Assembly (NCBI GenBank): GCA_965226495.1
Contig: OZ245365.1
Location: forward strand, 4,576,001 to 4,640,000
Reading direction: 5' to 3'
Length of the DNA: 64,000 bases
Source of the DNA: Candidatus Marinacidobacterales bacterium
Lineage (GTDB): Bacteria > Acidobacteriota > Vicinamibacteria > Marinacidobacterales > DATDRI01
Shown: one piece after another, positions 10,897 to 19,937 of the stretch
Layout of the letters: every line of letters starts with the position of its first letter
How positions within the stretch are numbered: position 1 is the first letter of the stretch
Notes under the pieces: generated by a model
What the model was told of the DNA's origin: nothing
Seen by the model: only the letters and a program-made list of their open reading frames with translations
Database searches by the model: none
Program-made: the position numbers and the translations under genes

Positions 10897-11475
10897 ATGA
10901 CTAAGGAACAGACAACAGGGGGAGCGACGGCTGACCTGACCACGCTACTCGATCGCAACCGGAGCTTTGCTGAGCAGTTCGCGGCAGGAGACCTCAAGAT
11001 TCTGCCCCGTATGTCAACGATCCTCTTGACCTGCGTCGACGCCCGCGTCGATCCTGCACACCTCTTCGGGCTCGGACTCGGTGACGCAGTCGTCATACGC
11101 AACGCAGGCGGCAGGATCACACCCGCAGTGATGGGGGATCTCGGCATTCTCGGCGTTCTGGCCGCCGCCGCCAACCAGCCAGGAACCAACCCTATGCAGC
11201 CGGAACTTGTCGTTATCCACCACACCGATTGCGGAATGTCTCGTCTCGCCAACCCGGCCATCCAGGGACAGGTAGCAAAACGGCTCGGCCTCAGTGTCGA
11301 CGAAGTATCGGCAATGGCGATCAGCGACCCCATCACGTCTGTGCAAGACGACGTCGAACGACTCCGCCACACCCCCGGAACGCCAGACCAACTGGTCGTC
11401 TCCGGCTTCGTCTACGACGTAAGCAACGGGACGATCAACCAAGTTGTGCCACCGGCCCCACTACGCGCCTCCTGA
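10897..11475 (+). CDS. Beta-class carbonic anhydrase
   Basis: CVDAR, RNAGG, HTDCG zinc motifs; AAGGAG RBS. Confidence 0.9.
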   Translation: MTKEQTTGGATADLTTLLDRNRSFAEQFAAGDLKILPRMSTILLTCVDARVDPAHLFGLGLGDAVVIRNAGGRITPAVMGDLGILGVLAAAANQPGTNPMQPELVVIHHTDCGMSRLANPAIQGQVAKRLGLSVDEVSAMAISDPITSVQDDVERLRHTPGTPDQLVVSGFVYDVSNGTINQVVPPAPLRAS

Positions 11476-11763
11476 ACCCAAGGTTTTGGATCTCTGGTGA
11501 GGGTGGTACAACCCTGCTAGCGGGAGCCTGTCAGTAGCTGATGCGCATTCAAAAAGGTTCATTTTGCGACATAGGGGCACGGGATTCTCCTGGAAGGACT
11601 GAAGGTCCCTGCGCTTGGCCCCAAACTGTCCGAAACTTGTCCGAAAACTTCCCACAAACAGCTGCCACTTTCCCCGATACCCGCGTTCGATAAACGACGT
11701 AAACTACTCGCCCATTTTGGGGTTGTTCGTCAAATGTTGTAGCGGTTCGCGCCTTGAATTGCC

Positions 11764-11808
<45 letters not shown>

Positions 11809-12017
11809 ACTTTTTAAAAATCACCGGCTCCTCGATCTTCCGTTCGGACTTGTACACCGGACGACCCAAAAAGCGTTTCTCCACGGTGCAGTAGGCGAAC
11901 CGTTCGGGACGCAGTCGGGCTGCCGGCGTAGTTTGTGCCTTTGGGCTGGCGGAAAGCTTGCGTATCGCGGGCGCAACTTCAGGCTTCGGCGAAGTTGCTC
12001 ATCATCCGAAATTGATT

Positions 12018-13412
12018 TCAATCTTCTGCGATGCAGTAGAGGTATTGCTCCCCGCGCAAGAACAGCTCGCGGCCGGCGATTGCGGCTGAGGCGCTGAAGC
12101 TGTCGTCGAGAAGGTTGAGTGCGAGGGCCTTGGGGTTGTCATCATGACTGATCACCAGTGTCGCACCATCCAAGTCGGTGACATAAACGCGGCCGGCGGC
12201 GGCCACCGGCGAAGCATATACGTTGCCGATGCCGCCGAGCCGCAATGGGCCTGGGTGGTCTTCGCCGGTCTTTACACGTAGGCGTGTAAGGATTCCTTGG
12301 TAGTGATAGAGGAAGTACAACGCGTCTCCGTAAAGCAGTGGCGACGGTACGTATGGAGTGCCTCGACTTCGCGTCCATACGACCCGGTTGGTTCCGGTGA
12401 TGTCGCCCGTGGCGTCGTCGAGACGTATGGCCAACAAGTTCCGCGTGTCGTAGCTGCTGCCAGCATAGACCATGCCGTCCGCGGCCACCGGCGAGGCAAC
12501 GATGTTGGCCGACAGCCCGGCGCATTCCCAGATAACCCTACCGGTGGCAAGCTCGTAGCCACGCACACGCTTCGTGCCACTGATGATGACCTGGTGCTTC
12601 CCGTCGTGCTCGACCACAACCGGCGTCGCCCACGACGTGGGCTCGTCACGCTCAACCTTCCAACGCTGTTTGCCGTTTCGCTTGTCAAAGGCAACCACAA
12701 ACGACTGCCCTTCGTGATCCCAGTTGATGATCAGAGTATCGTCGTGGAGCACGGGCGAGCCGCCCTCGCCATGCCCGTGCTTGGTCTGCATGTCGCCCAG
12801 GTCCGTCTCCCATAGCAACTCACCGTCCAAATCGAGGCTGTAGACGCCGTAGGAGCCGAAGAAGGCAAACAAGTGTTCACCGTCAACGACCGGAGAGTTC
12901 GACGCAAAGCTGCCCGTGTAGTGAATGCCTTCATTTGGTATGAGTTCGCGAACCGTCCTTTGCCAAACGATCTTGCCGTCGCGGCGGTCGACTGCAAGTA
13001 CGGCGAATGATTGGCGACGCACCATCGGGAGACCGTCGTGCGCACCGGGGCGGCGGCCGGCAGGCGGCGGGACTTGCCCTCCTGAAGGAATGGCAGCGGT
13101 CAGGAAAATGCGATCGCCCCAGACCACCGGCGTCGAATGCCCTTTGCCAGGAAGCGCGAGCTTCCAACGGATGTTCTTGTCCTCGCTCCACTCCAACGGC
13201 GGGTTGGCGCGCGGCGCGACGCCGGTACCCAGGGGCCCGCGCCACTGCGGCCAGTAGTGATCGGGGGCGGCCTCGTTGTGACTGGGTGCTGCCCGTTCTT
13301 GTTGGGCCTTTTCCGGCGGGTTCTCCGCCCGCGCTCTCGAACCGAAAACGCCCGCGATGCTCATCGCCGCAAGCACCCCGCCTACGGACAGGAGAAAACA
13401 GTGCCACCTCAT
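12018..13412 (-). CDS. Secreted PQQ-binding-like beta-propeller protein
   Basis: Signal peptide, WPQWRGP, repeated SPVV/GxLLW motifs. Confidence 0.88.
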   Translation of the reverse strand: MRWHCFLLSVGGVLAAMSIAGVFGSRARAENPPEKAQQERAAPSHNEAAPDHYWPQWRGPLGTGVAPRANPPLEWSEDKNIRWKLALPGKGHSTPVVWGDRIFLTAAIPSGGQVPPPAGRRPGAHDGLPMVRRQSFAVLAVDRRDGKIVWQRTVRELIPNEGIHYTGSFASNSPVVDGEHLFAFFGSYGVYSLDLDGELLWETDLGDMQTKHGHGEGGSPVLHDDTLIINWDHEGQSFVVAFDKRNGKQRWKVERDEPTSWATPVVVEHDGKHQVIISGTKRVRGYELATGRVIWECAGLSANIVASPVAADGMVYAGSSYDTRNLLAIRLDDATGDITGTNRVVWTRSRGTPYVPSPLLYGDALYFLYHYQGILTRLRVKTGEDHPGPLRLGGIGNVYASPVAAAGRVYVTDLDGATLVISHDDNPKALALNLLDDSFSASAAIAGRELFLRGEQYLYCIAED

Positions 13413-13956
13413 TGCAAACCGAGCAACCTCGCCGGATTGGTCTTGCTCATGCGATCGATCTCTTCCTCGGTGAAGCCTTGATCCCGGAGCATAAGGATAA
13501 AGGAGATCATACCGTCGGTGTGAACGGGATTCAGCTCCTGGCCGAGATCGGTGGAAAGGATCGCATTGGCCGTTCCGACGGCTCGGATAAATGTGGCCAG
13601 CGTCTCGATCGGCAGCCCTCCGTCTGGCTTAGCCTTTCCCGTGTCCGCCGGGAGCAGAGGGTTGAAGCAATATTCGAGATACGCTCCCAGGCGTGCCGCG
13701 TCAACCTGTTGCTCCAACGTCATGCCCACGGCCGGCGCCATCGGATGCGTCACGATAATGCGATCGATACCCATCGACTGAAGGCATTGACCGCGCGTGG
13801 GCCGCTGTCCGGCGACGCATGGACATGCACATCGATGGCGCCCTTCAGCGCGGCGCTGGCTTCTTCCCAGGATCCGGTTTGGGAATGTCCCGAACCGGCC
13901 CCGATCAGCATCGCCGCACTCGAGCACAGGAGCGTGAACGCGAGTCGTTTCTTCAT
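13409..13956 (-). pseudogene. Amidohydrolase-superfamily (DUF6282-like) remnant
   Basis: Signal peptide and AIDVHVH, then another frame with IIVTHP and ILSTDLGQ...NPARLLGL; much shorter than a full enzyme. Confidence 0.65.
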
Positions 13957-13977
13957 CTTGGACTCCGTTCGCCCGCT

Positions 13978-14194
13978 TCAGCGAAGTTTCTGAAACTCAT
14001 CGACGGACACGCCTAGCTGCCGAAGAATTTTCTGAAATAGGGGTGGGCCGATTTCTTTACCACCGGTGGATTGGAATCGTTACCGCGCGACCATCCGGAT
14101 GATTCCAGCGCTCGTGGCTACCCGTCTGGCGAGACTTGGTGAATCCTAGCTTGCTGGCCACCTTCCGGAATTCCCGGGCGGTGGCGCTAGGCAT
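13978..14194 (-). CDS. hicA: HicA-family toxin (one-base frameshift as assembled)
   Basis: MPSATAREFRKVASKLGFTKSRQTGSHERWNHPDGRAVTIPIH / GKEIGPPLFQKILRQLGVSVDEFQKLR. Confidence 0.8.
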
Positions 14195-14399
14195 TTACGA
14201 TTTCAGTAGTATCGTTCGGGAGTGGCTGGCCCTTCTCCCGGTATTCTTCGGCGATCAACTCGAAAACCTGTGCCAACTCCGACAAAGCCTCCGCTCGTGT
14301 CGACATGAGCGCATAGCAGCCGGAGAGCGCGGGAACTTCCGCTACCCAGGAGCCGTCTTCCTGCCTGTAGAGGACCGTCTTGTAGTCGTCGAGAGTCAT
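14187..14399 (-). CDS. hicB: HicB-family antitoxin
   Basis: YRQEDGSWVAEVPALSGC...TRAEAL; overlaps hicA start. Confidence 0.85.
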   Translation of the reverse strand: MTLDDYKTVLYRQEDGSWVAEVPALSGCYALMSTRAEALSELAQVFELIAEEYREKGQPLPNDTTEIVNA

Positions 14400-14565
14400 C
14401 TGTCTCAGCATAGCATCGCTTTCGGGTCCTCTCAACAAAGCGCCCTCCAATCCAGAAGCGTTTCTCCAGGCGACCATTGGACTCCACGCGTTCGGCTCAT
14501 CATTCGGACAGTTTTCGCCCACAGCGCCCACTCTCCTTCAACATCAGCGCCTTGCAAGAGACCTT

Positions 14566-14648
14566 TGGGTACATTGAACCAACCTCCCGCACGTTCCGTT
14601 CGCCACTTGCGCTTCATCCTCCGCGTGGGTGCCGCGAGGTCGTTGCGC
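14566..14648. repeat. ~80-bp dispersed repeat, copy 2
   Basis: Highly similar to 6736-6815. Confidence 0.8.
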
Positions 14649-14811
14649 GCGCGGAAGGGGAGGGGTAGGGGTCCGAATCTTGGGGGGGAAAAGCCCTGCA
14701 AAAAAGGTCGCCAGGAGCCCTCCCGCCCGCGCTAGCCTTCCAACACGAAGCGTCCCGCTAGCTCCGACGTTGGGCGCTCGTTTCGCTCCCACCTTGGCCC
14801 GCGGGCATTTC

Positions 14812-14840
14812 TTGACAGCTGAAGGGGGGGCGTGTACGAT
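14812..14840 (+). promoter_or_regulatory. sigma70 promoter
   Basis: TTGACA-17 bp-TACGAT. Confidence 0.6.
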
Positions 14841-14888
14841 GATCGCTCTCAACCGCGGAGCGGTCCCAGCCAGCTCTCGCCAACAGTT

Positions 14889-15905
14889 ATGTTAAAGAGC
14901 GGATTCAGACTCTGGATCGCTGGGGCGGTATTAGGCCTCGTTTTCGTTCCTGGACGAGCCCTTCCAGACGTTATCACTCCCTGGATTCCGCTCTTCAAGG
15001 GCGTGGATCACGCCACTGGCGCGTCGAATGATCCGCGACTCCAGCAAGTCAACGCCCTTCGCATCGATCTTCTAGATCCGGACATCCGTATCTTCACCAC
15101 GCCAACGAATGGCGCGGGGCTGCTAGAGACCGATGGCCAAACGGCCAGCCAGTTCTTGACGACGTACGATCCCCAGGTGGCGGTCAACGCTAATTTTTTT
15201 CTTCCTTGCTGCGATCCCTCTTTTCCTATCGTGGGGACCGCCAAAGAACTGAGAGGTCTGGCGATCTCGGAGGGAACGACCGTCTCCCCGAATGACGACC
15301 TTACGATCTTCGGCTCGGACGCATGGCTCTTACTGATTGAGGCTGACAACCAGGCCCGGATAGCTTCGGCCTCGATGCCGGGAGAGCTTTCCGGCGTCTT
15401 CAGCGCGGTCACCGGGGCGCCGATGATCTTGTCGAACGGCTCTCCCACGAGTTTGGAGGGTGGCGTTCATCCGCGGACAGCGGCCGGGATCAGTCAAGAC
15501 GACCGCTACCTGTTGATGCTTACCATCGACGGCCGCCAACCCGGCTTCAGCGACGGGGCAACCCTGGGCGAAACCGCCGATTGGTTGCTCCAATTCGGTG
15601 CATTCCACGGGCTCAATCTCGATGGGGGCGGCTCCACGACCATGGTGATGTCCGATGGCGCGGGCGGCGCATCGATTCTCAATAGCCCCATCCACGACGG
15701 GGTTCCCGGCACCGAGCGCGTCAATGGGAGCCACCTAGGCGTTTACGCCGCGCCGATTCCAGCCGCGGTTCCAGAGCCTAGCGTCGGCTGGCTTCTTATA
15801 CTGAGCGCCTTGGGCATGGCTATGGCGACTCAAGCGGTCCCAAACGGCCGGCTCTGTGGCGTTAAAGCCTTCCGTAATCCATTTCAATTCACGCCGAAGG
15901 TCTGA
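14889..15905 (+). CDS. Phosphodiester glycosidase (NAGPA-like) with PEP-CTERM-like tail
   Basis: AVNANFF, HPRTAAG, IDGRQ, NLDGGGST, then VPEPS plus hydrophobic helix. Confidence 0.85.
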   Translation: MLKSGFRLWIAGAVLGLVFVPGRALPDVITPWIPLFKGVDHATGASNDPRLQQVNALRIDLLDPDIRIFTTPTNGAGLLETDGQTASQFLTTYDPQVAVNANFFLPCCDPSFPIVGTAKELRGLAISEGTTVSPNDDLTIFGSDAWLLLIEADNQARIASASMPGELSGVFSAVTGAPMILSNGSPTSLEGGVHPRTAAGISQDDRYLLMLTIDGRQPGFSDGATLGETADWLLQFGAFHGLNLDGGGSTTMVMSDGAGGASILNSPIHDGVPGTERVNGSHLGVYAAPIPAAVPEPSVGWLLILSALGMAMATQAVPNGRLCGVKAFRNPFQFTPKV

Positions 15906-16724
15906 CGCCGCCTGCCATCGCGCATCAGGATCCTTTTCAAGACAAGCCCTCACAACTCGATCGAGTGAGCGAGGAGTCAACGCCTGCAACTCAAACATCG
16001 GCTGGGGCTCGGAATTCATAATTGCGCCGATTAAGCTTGCCTGGCTTTTTCCCTCGAACGATCGGCGGCCAGTCACCATTTCGTAGAGGATTGAGCCAAA
16101 CGCGAAGATATCGGTGCGCGTGTCGGCTTCCTTCCCTTCGAGCTGCTCAGGAGCCATGTACTGAAAGGTTCCAAGGATCGAGCCCTCCGTCGTAAGCGGC
16201 TGCGCTTCCGTGGGCAACGCTGACAGACCACCGGCATCCGTTTCCGCTACCGACATCTTGGCGAGTCCGAAGTCGAGAAGCTTGGCCCCGGACTTCGTCA
16301 GCATGATGTTGCCAGGTTTCAGGTCGCGGTGCACGACGCCTTGGCGGTGGGCTTTGTCCAGGGCGTCGGCAATCTCGATTCCGTACTGAAGAGCCTGGTC
16401 TAGCGGGAGAGCACCTTTCTTTAGTCGGTCGGCGAGGGTGTCTCCTTCGATGTGCTCCATGACCATGAAGTCGATGCCGTTCTCGCTGCCGATGTCGTGA
16501 AGCGTGCAGATGTGTGGATGGTTCAGACTGGAGACGGCGCGGGCTTCTTGCTCGAAGCGTCTCAGGCGTTCGGGTCCCGTGGCAAGGTCCTCTCGCAGCA
16601 CCTTGATGGCTACGTCCCTGCCAAGCTTGAGGTCTTTGGCCTTGTAAACCTCACCCATGCCGCCCGCACCGAGTGGTGCGAGGATTTCATAGGGACCCAG
16701 CTTAGTGCCGGGTTTTAATGACAT
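15735..16724 (-). CDS. Ser/Thr protein kinase, catalytic domain only (C-terminally truncated)
   Basis: GAGGMG, VAIK, HRDLKPGN, DFG, APE; homology ends at ELKWITEG (~15870). Confidence 0.9.
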   Translation of the reverse strand: MSLKPGTKLGPYEILAPLGAGGMGEVYKAKDLKLGRDVAIKVLREDLATGPERLRRFEQEARAVSSLNHPHICTLHDIGSENGIDFMVMEHIEGDTLADRLKKGALPLDQALQYGIEIADALDKAHRQGVVHRDLKPGNIMLTKSGAKLLDFGLAKMSVAETDAGGLSALPTEAQPLTTEGSILGTFQYMAPEQLEGKEADTRTDIFAFGSILYEMVTGRRSFEGKSQASLIGAIMNSEPQPMFELQALTPRSLDRVVRACLEKDPDARWQAASDLRRELKWITEGFNATEPAVWDRLSRHSHAQGAQYKKPADARLWNRGWNRRGVNA

Positions 16725-16740
16725 GGCCAGCCCTTTGAGC

Positions 16741-16773
16741 GTGAAAATAGCCCTGCACAGGCTGAAGAGTCAA
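16741..16773 (-). promoter_or_regulatory. Repeated promoter element, copy 3
   Basis: TTGACT-18 bp-TATTTT. Confidence 0.7.
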
Positions 16774-16784
16774 TGGGGGACGCT

Positions 16785-16918
16785 TGCCACACTGTGCGGG
16801 AATTGTGCGGGAACTGGTAACAACTCGGAACGACTCAGAACAAAACGGGGAGACGGAAAGCCGCGTTTTTGTTGCTGTACGTTGCTCTCAGTGGTCCTAC
16901 GTGGCTCTCTCCATCCCC
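16785..16918. repeat. att-arm-like repeat A, second full copy
   Basis: Near-identical to 222-355. Confidence 0.8.
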
Positions 16919-17001
16919 CTCATAACCCAAAGGTCCCGCCTTCGCCCGCTGCGCCGAATCGTTGGCTTCGGCGAGGCGAGCGCATCCTGCTCCCGCCACC
17001 A
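16919..17001 (+). repeat. tRNA-Met 3' fragment 4, interrupted by REP-like hairpin
   Basis: CTCATAACCCAAAGGTC-[48 nt insert replacing GCAGGTTCAA]-ATCCTGCTCCCGCCACCA. Confidence 0.75.
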
Positions 17002-17080
17002 ACTTTTTCGAACTCCCGGGAAAAAACTTGCCCGGGCAAGTTTTCGCGAAATCTCGCGACATTCCGGCTCTTAAGGCAAC

Positions 17081-17263
17081 TCAACCCCCGAACAGCCGTT
17101 TCATCTCCTTGCGAATGTGGCGGCGTGCCTCGTCTCTGCTCGATAGGTTGAGTTGATCCAGCGAGTATCGAAATGTCTCCAGTACAGCGGTGACATGCTT
17201 GCAGTAAGCCGCAAGCTCTTCGCGCCGTCTCTTTTCGTCGTCGAATTGGGCAATTTTCGTCAT
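17081..17263 (-). CDS. Small hypothetical protein
   Basis: 60 aa from ATG 17263 (MTKIAQFDDEKRRREELAAY...); no recognisable motif. Confidence 0.3.
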   Translation of the reverse strand: MTKIAQFDDEKRRREELAAYCKHVTAVLETFRYSLDQLNLSSRDEARRHIRKEMKRLFGG

Positions 17264-17388
17264 GAGCGCTCTCCGAGAGGATGAGTTCCGCAGGAAACGT
17301 CTCGTCGCCCGCACGACCTGCCGCGTCATATCAATAGACAGGCAATACCAACCCTGATGAGCTTGCGGGCAGTTCGTGAAATCCAGCC

Positions 17389-19470
17389 CTATTCTTCCTC
17401 TTCTGTCTCCACTTCCCCGTCGAGCGTATATTTGTTGTACCACGACATCATGTAGAGCATGGTTCGCAAGTAGTTCGACGGTCTCGTTCCGGTTCCGTGA
17501 TACTGATCGTTGAAGCGCAACAAACGCGTCGGAACTCCTAGCATCTTGAGCGCAGCGTAGTACTCTTCGGACTGTGCCATTGGCGTCCGCATATCCTGTT
17601 CCCCGGTCATGATTGCAGTAGGCGTCTTAACGTTACCCACGTACATCAGTGTGGAATGACGCAACCAGTCTGACGGATCTTCCCAGAACGGCTTTTGAAA
17701 GAATGAGAACGTGAACTGCGGAATATCGGTTGTCCCGGCCATACTCAGCCAGTTGGTAACCGGACAACGCACTGCGGCCGCAGCGAATCGATCCGTGTGG
17801 CCGATCACCCAGCTCGACAATACGCCACCACCACTACAACCACCGACATACATGCGCTTTTCGTCGATGTAACCCTGTTCGATAACAGCATCGACACCGC
17901 CCATCAGATCAAGGTAATCGACACTGGGATATGCATGATCGATCGCTTGAGAAAATTCCTCGCCGTATCCGGTGCTGCCGCGCGGATTCGTGAACAACAC
18001 GACAAACCCGTTAGCTGCAAAAACCTGGTACTGAAAATTGAAGCGGCCGACATACATGCCAAACGGACCGCCATGGATTTCCATCAGCAGGGGATACTTT
18101 TCATTCGGGTCGAAATTCGGTGGCCTCACAATCCAGCCGTGCGCGGAATTGCCGTCCGATGCCTCAAACCAGATCTCTTCATGATCGCCAAGGGATTTGT
18201 CGCCCAGGAGATCACTGTTTACCGAGGTCAGCTTCTCGGGGGCACTACGACCGTCGAGCAAAAACGAATGCACATCCCCGGGTTCGTGAAATGAGCTCCT
18301 GATCCCGACGCCCACGCTGGTCGTACGGTTTGTTGACTGCAGACCAATGGCATGTTGGCCCTCGGTAACGGCCCGCACATCTCCATTCAGATTGGCGAAG
18401 AATACATTAATGTAGCCTTCATCCTGCGCAGTAAAGTACACACCACGATTGTTGTTTGCCCAGATCAGGTTATTTGCGGGTCGATCGTAATCGGCAGCCA
18501 CCAACCTGGCATTGCTGCCATCGCTACCCATAACGTGGATTCGTTGCATTTCGTAAGTGACATCCGACTCTGCATATCCGGTATATGCGATTTGCCTGCC
18601 GTCATTTGAAACTACAGGGTCCGACCAGTTGCCGGACTCGCTTGTCAGCTGTTCTATTTCCTTCGTTGCGACGTTGATCGAATAAATGTGCGAACGCTGA
18701 TACACAAGATCGGCGTCGGGCTCGTTCAGCCCATCAAATATGATCGTGTTGCCGTCGGGCATCCAGTTCAGACCGGCGCCTGAGAACAGGCCGTCGAACT
18801 GTGCTCCGACATTCCAGTCGCCTTCAGTCAACTGACGAGCCGTGCCTGATTCAGCGGGAACGACAAAAAGGTGGGTAAATCCAGGATCAGTGAATCCGAC
18901 CCTGTCCTGCCGGTAATGAAGCCGATCGAGAACACGTGGAGCCTTTGTCCACTCCGCGCCTTCCGGAACTGACGGCATATCGATGTCCCATTTGTCTTCC
19001 GCCGGCACAATTGCGACAAAGGCTATCTGGTTGCCGTCTGGTGACCACTTCGGCGAGGAAGGAGTAATTTCGATTCGCGTAACCTGCGATACGGCACCCT
19101 CATCGTTCATCCAGCGCACGAAAATCTGCGGCTTATCGTTGTCGCCTGGCGCAATGAAAAGGATGCGGTCACCACTCGGGGACCAGCGCGCATTGGAGCC
19201 TTCTCTCAAAAAGCGGTGTCGTGAGCCGTCCGCATCCATGATCCATAGGGTGGATGACCAACGATCCGACTTTTGATCTACCCACTGTCGCGTGTAGATA
19301 ATCTGGCGGCTGTCTGGCGATATTTGTGCGTCGTTGACCCGTTCAAAGTCCAGAAAATCTGCAACTTCAAGATAGTTCTCATCCTGCCCGACTGCGATTT
19401 CGGACACCCCGAAAGCGATCAGCAACAGCACTGCAAAAAGCAGCACGTGTGGTGGCACTAGTGATTTCAT
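17389..19470 (-). CDS. S9 family (prolyl oligopeptidase/acylaminoacyl) peptidase, secreted
   Basis: Signal peptide, PD40-like repeats, IHGGP, GCSGGG nucleophile, D and H of triad. Confidence 0.92.
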   Translation of the reverse strand: MKSLVPPHVLLFAVLLLIAFGVSEIAVGQDENYLEVADFLDFERVNDAQISPDSRQIIYTRQWVDQKSDRWSSTLWIMDADGSRHRFLREGSNARWSPSGDRILFIAPGDNDKPQIFVRWMNDEGAVSQVTRIEITPSSPKWSPDGNQIAFVAIVPAEDKWDIDMPSVPEGAEWTKAPRVLDRLHYRQDRVGFTDPGFTHLFVVPAESGTARQLTEGDWNVGAQFDGLFSGAGLNWMPDGNTIIFDGLNEPDADLVYQRSHIYSINVATKEIEQLTSESGNWSDPVVSNDGRQIAYTGYAESDVTYEMQRIHVMGSDGSNARLVAADYDRPANNLIWANNNRGVYFTAQDEGYINVFFANLNGDVRAVTEGQHAIGLQSTNRTTSVGVGIRSSFHEPGDVHSFLLDGRSAPEKLTSVNSDLLGDKSLGDHEEIWFEASDGNSAHGWIVRPPNFDPNEKYPLLMEIHGGPFGMYVGRFNFQYQVFAANGFVVLFTNPRGSTGYGEEFSQAIDHAYPSVDYLDLMGGVDAVIEQGYIDEKRMYVGGCSGGGVLSSWVIGHTDRFAAAAVRCPVTNWLSMAGTTDIPQFTFSFFQKPFWEDPSDWLRHSTLMYVGNVKTPTAIMTGEQDMRTPMAQSEEYYAALKMLGVPTRLLRFNDQYHGTGTRPSNYLRTMLYMMSWYNKYTLDGEVETEEEE

Positions 19471-19619
19471 GGGATTCTCTTTCTATTTCCTATTTTGAAT
19501 TCTTGTTGGGCCCGTAACCGATGCGCCTGTACGCAGCGTTTCGGGCGACGATAGCATTACGACCGCGTCGATTTCCGGCGATGAGCGACGGCCAAATACT
19601 GAGGCACCAGGGGGACGGC

Positions 19620-19789
19620 AATGCGTCCGCAATCTCGATGGCGTGGCGAAAGTGAGACGGAAGGACTTTGATGGCGACTGTGCGATCGAGGCGAGTGTCT
19701 TTGGCCTTGTAAACCTCACCCATGCCACCTGCTCCGAGAGGAGCCAGGATTTCATAGGAACCAAGGCGCTCGCCAGCGTTAAGAGCCAC
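19620..19789 (-). pseudogene. Ser/Thr kinase 5' fragment with internal deletion
   Basis: [46 protein letters not shown] joined to AIEIADAL, then unrelated sequence. Confidence 0.85.
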
Positions 19790-19792
19790 TAA

Positions 19793-19850
19793 CCCCTCAC
19801 CCTACCCTCTCCCAAAAGCGGAGAGGGAATAAAGGAAGGAAGCCATCTTC
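19793..19850. repeat. REP-like leader element (CCCTCACCC..CTCTCCC..GGAGAGGG..GAAGCCATC)
   Basis: Copies at 27218-27275, 29175-29229, inverted at 59407-59458; core only at ~53829-53861. Confidence 0.8.
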
Positions 19851-19856
19851 GTTGTG

Positions 19857-19889
19857 GTGAAAATAGTCCCGAACAGGTTGAAAAGTCAA
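19857..19889 (-). promoter_or_regulatory. Repeated promoter element, copy 4
   Basis: TTGACT-18 bp-TATTTT. Confidence 0.7.
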
Positions 19890-19905
19890 TGGGGCGACAG
19901 CCTAG

Positions 19906-19937
19906 GGCGAGGCAAACGCATCCTGTCCCCGCCACCA
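19906..19937 (+). repeat. tRNA-Met 3' tail fragment 5 (hairpin-interrupted variant)
   Basis: GGCGAGGCAAACGCATCCTGTCCCCGCCACCA matches 16970-17001. Confidence 0.65.
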
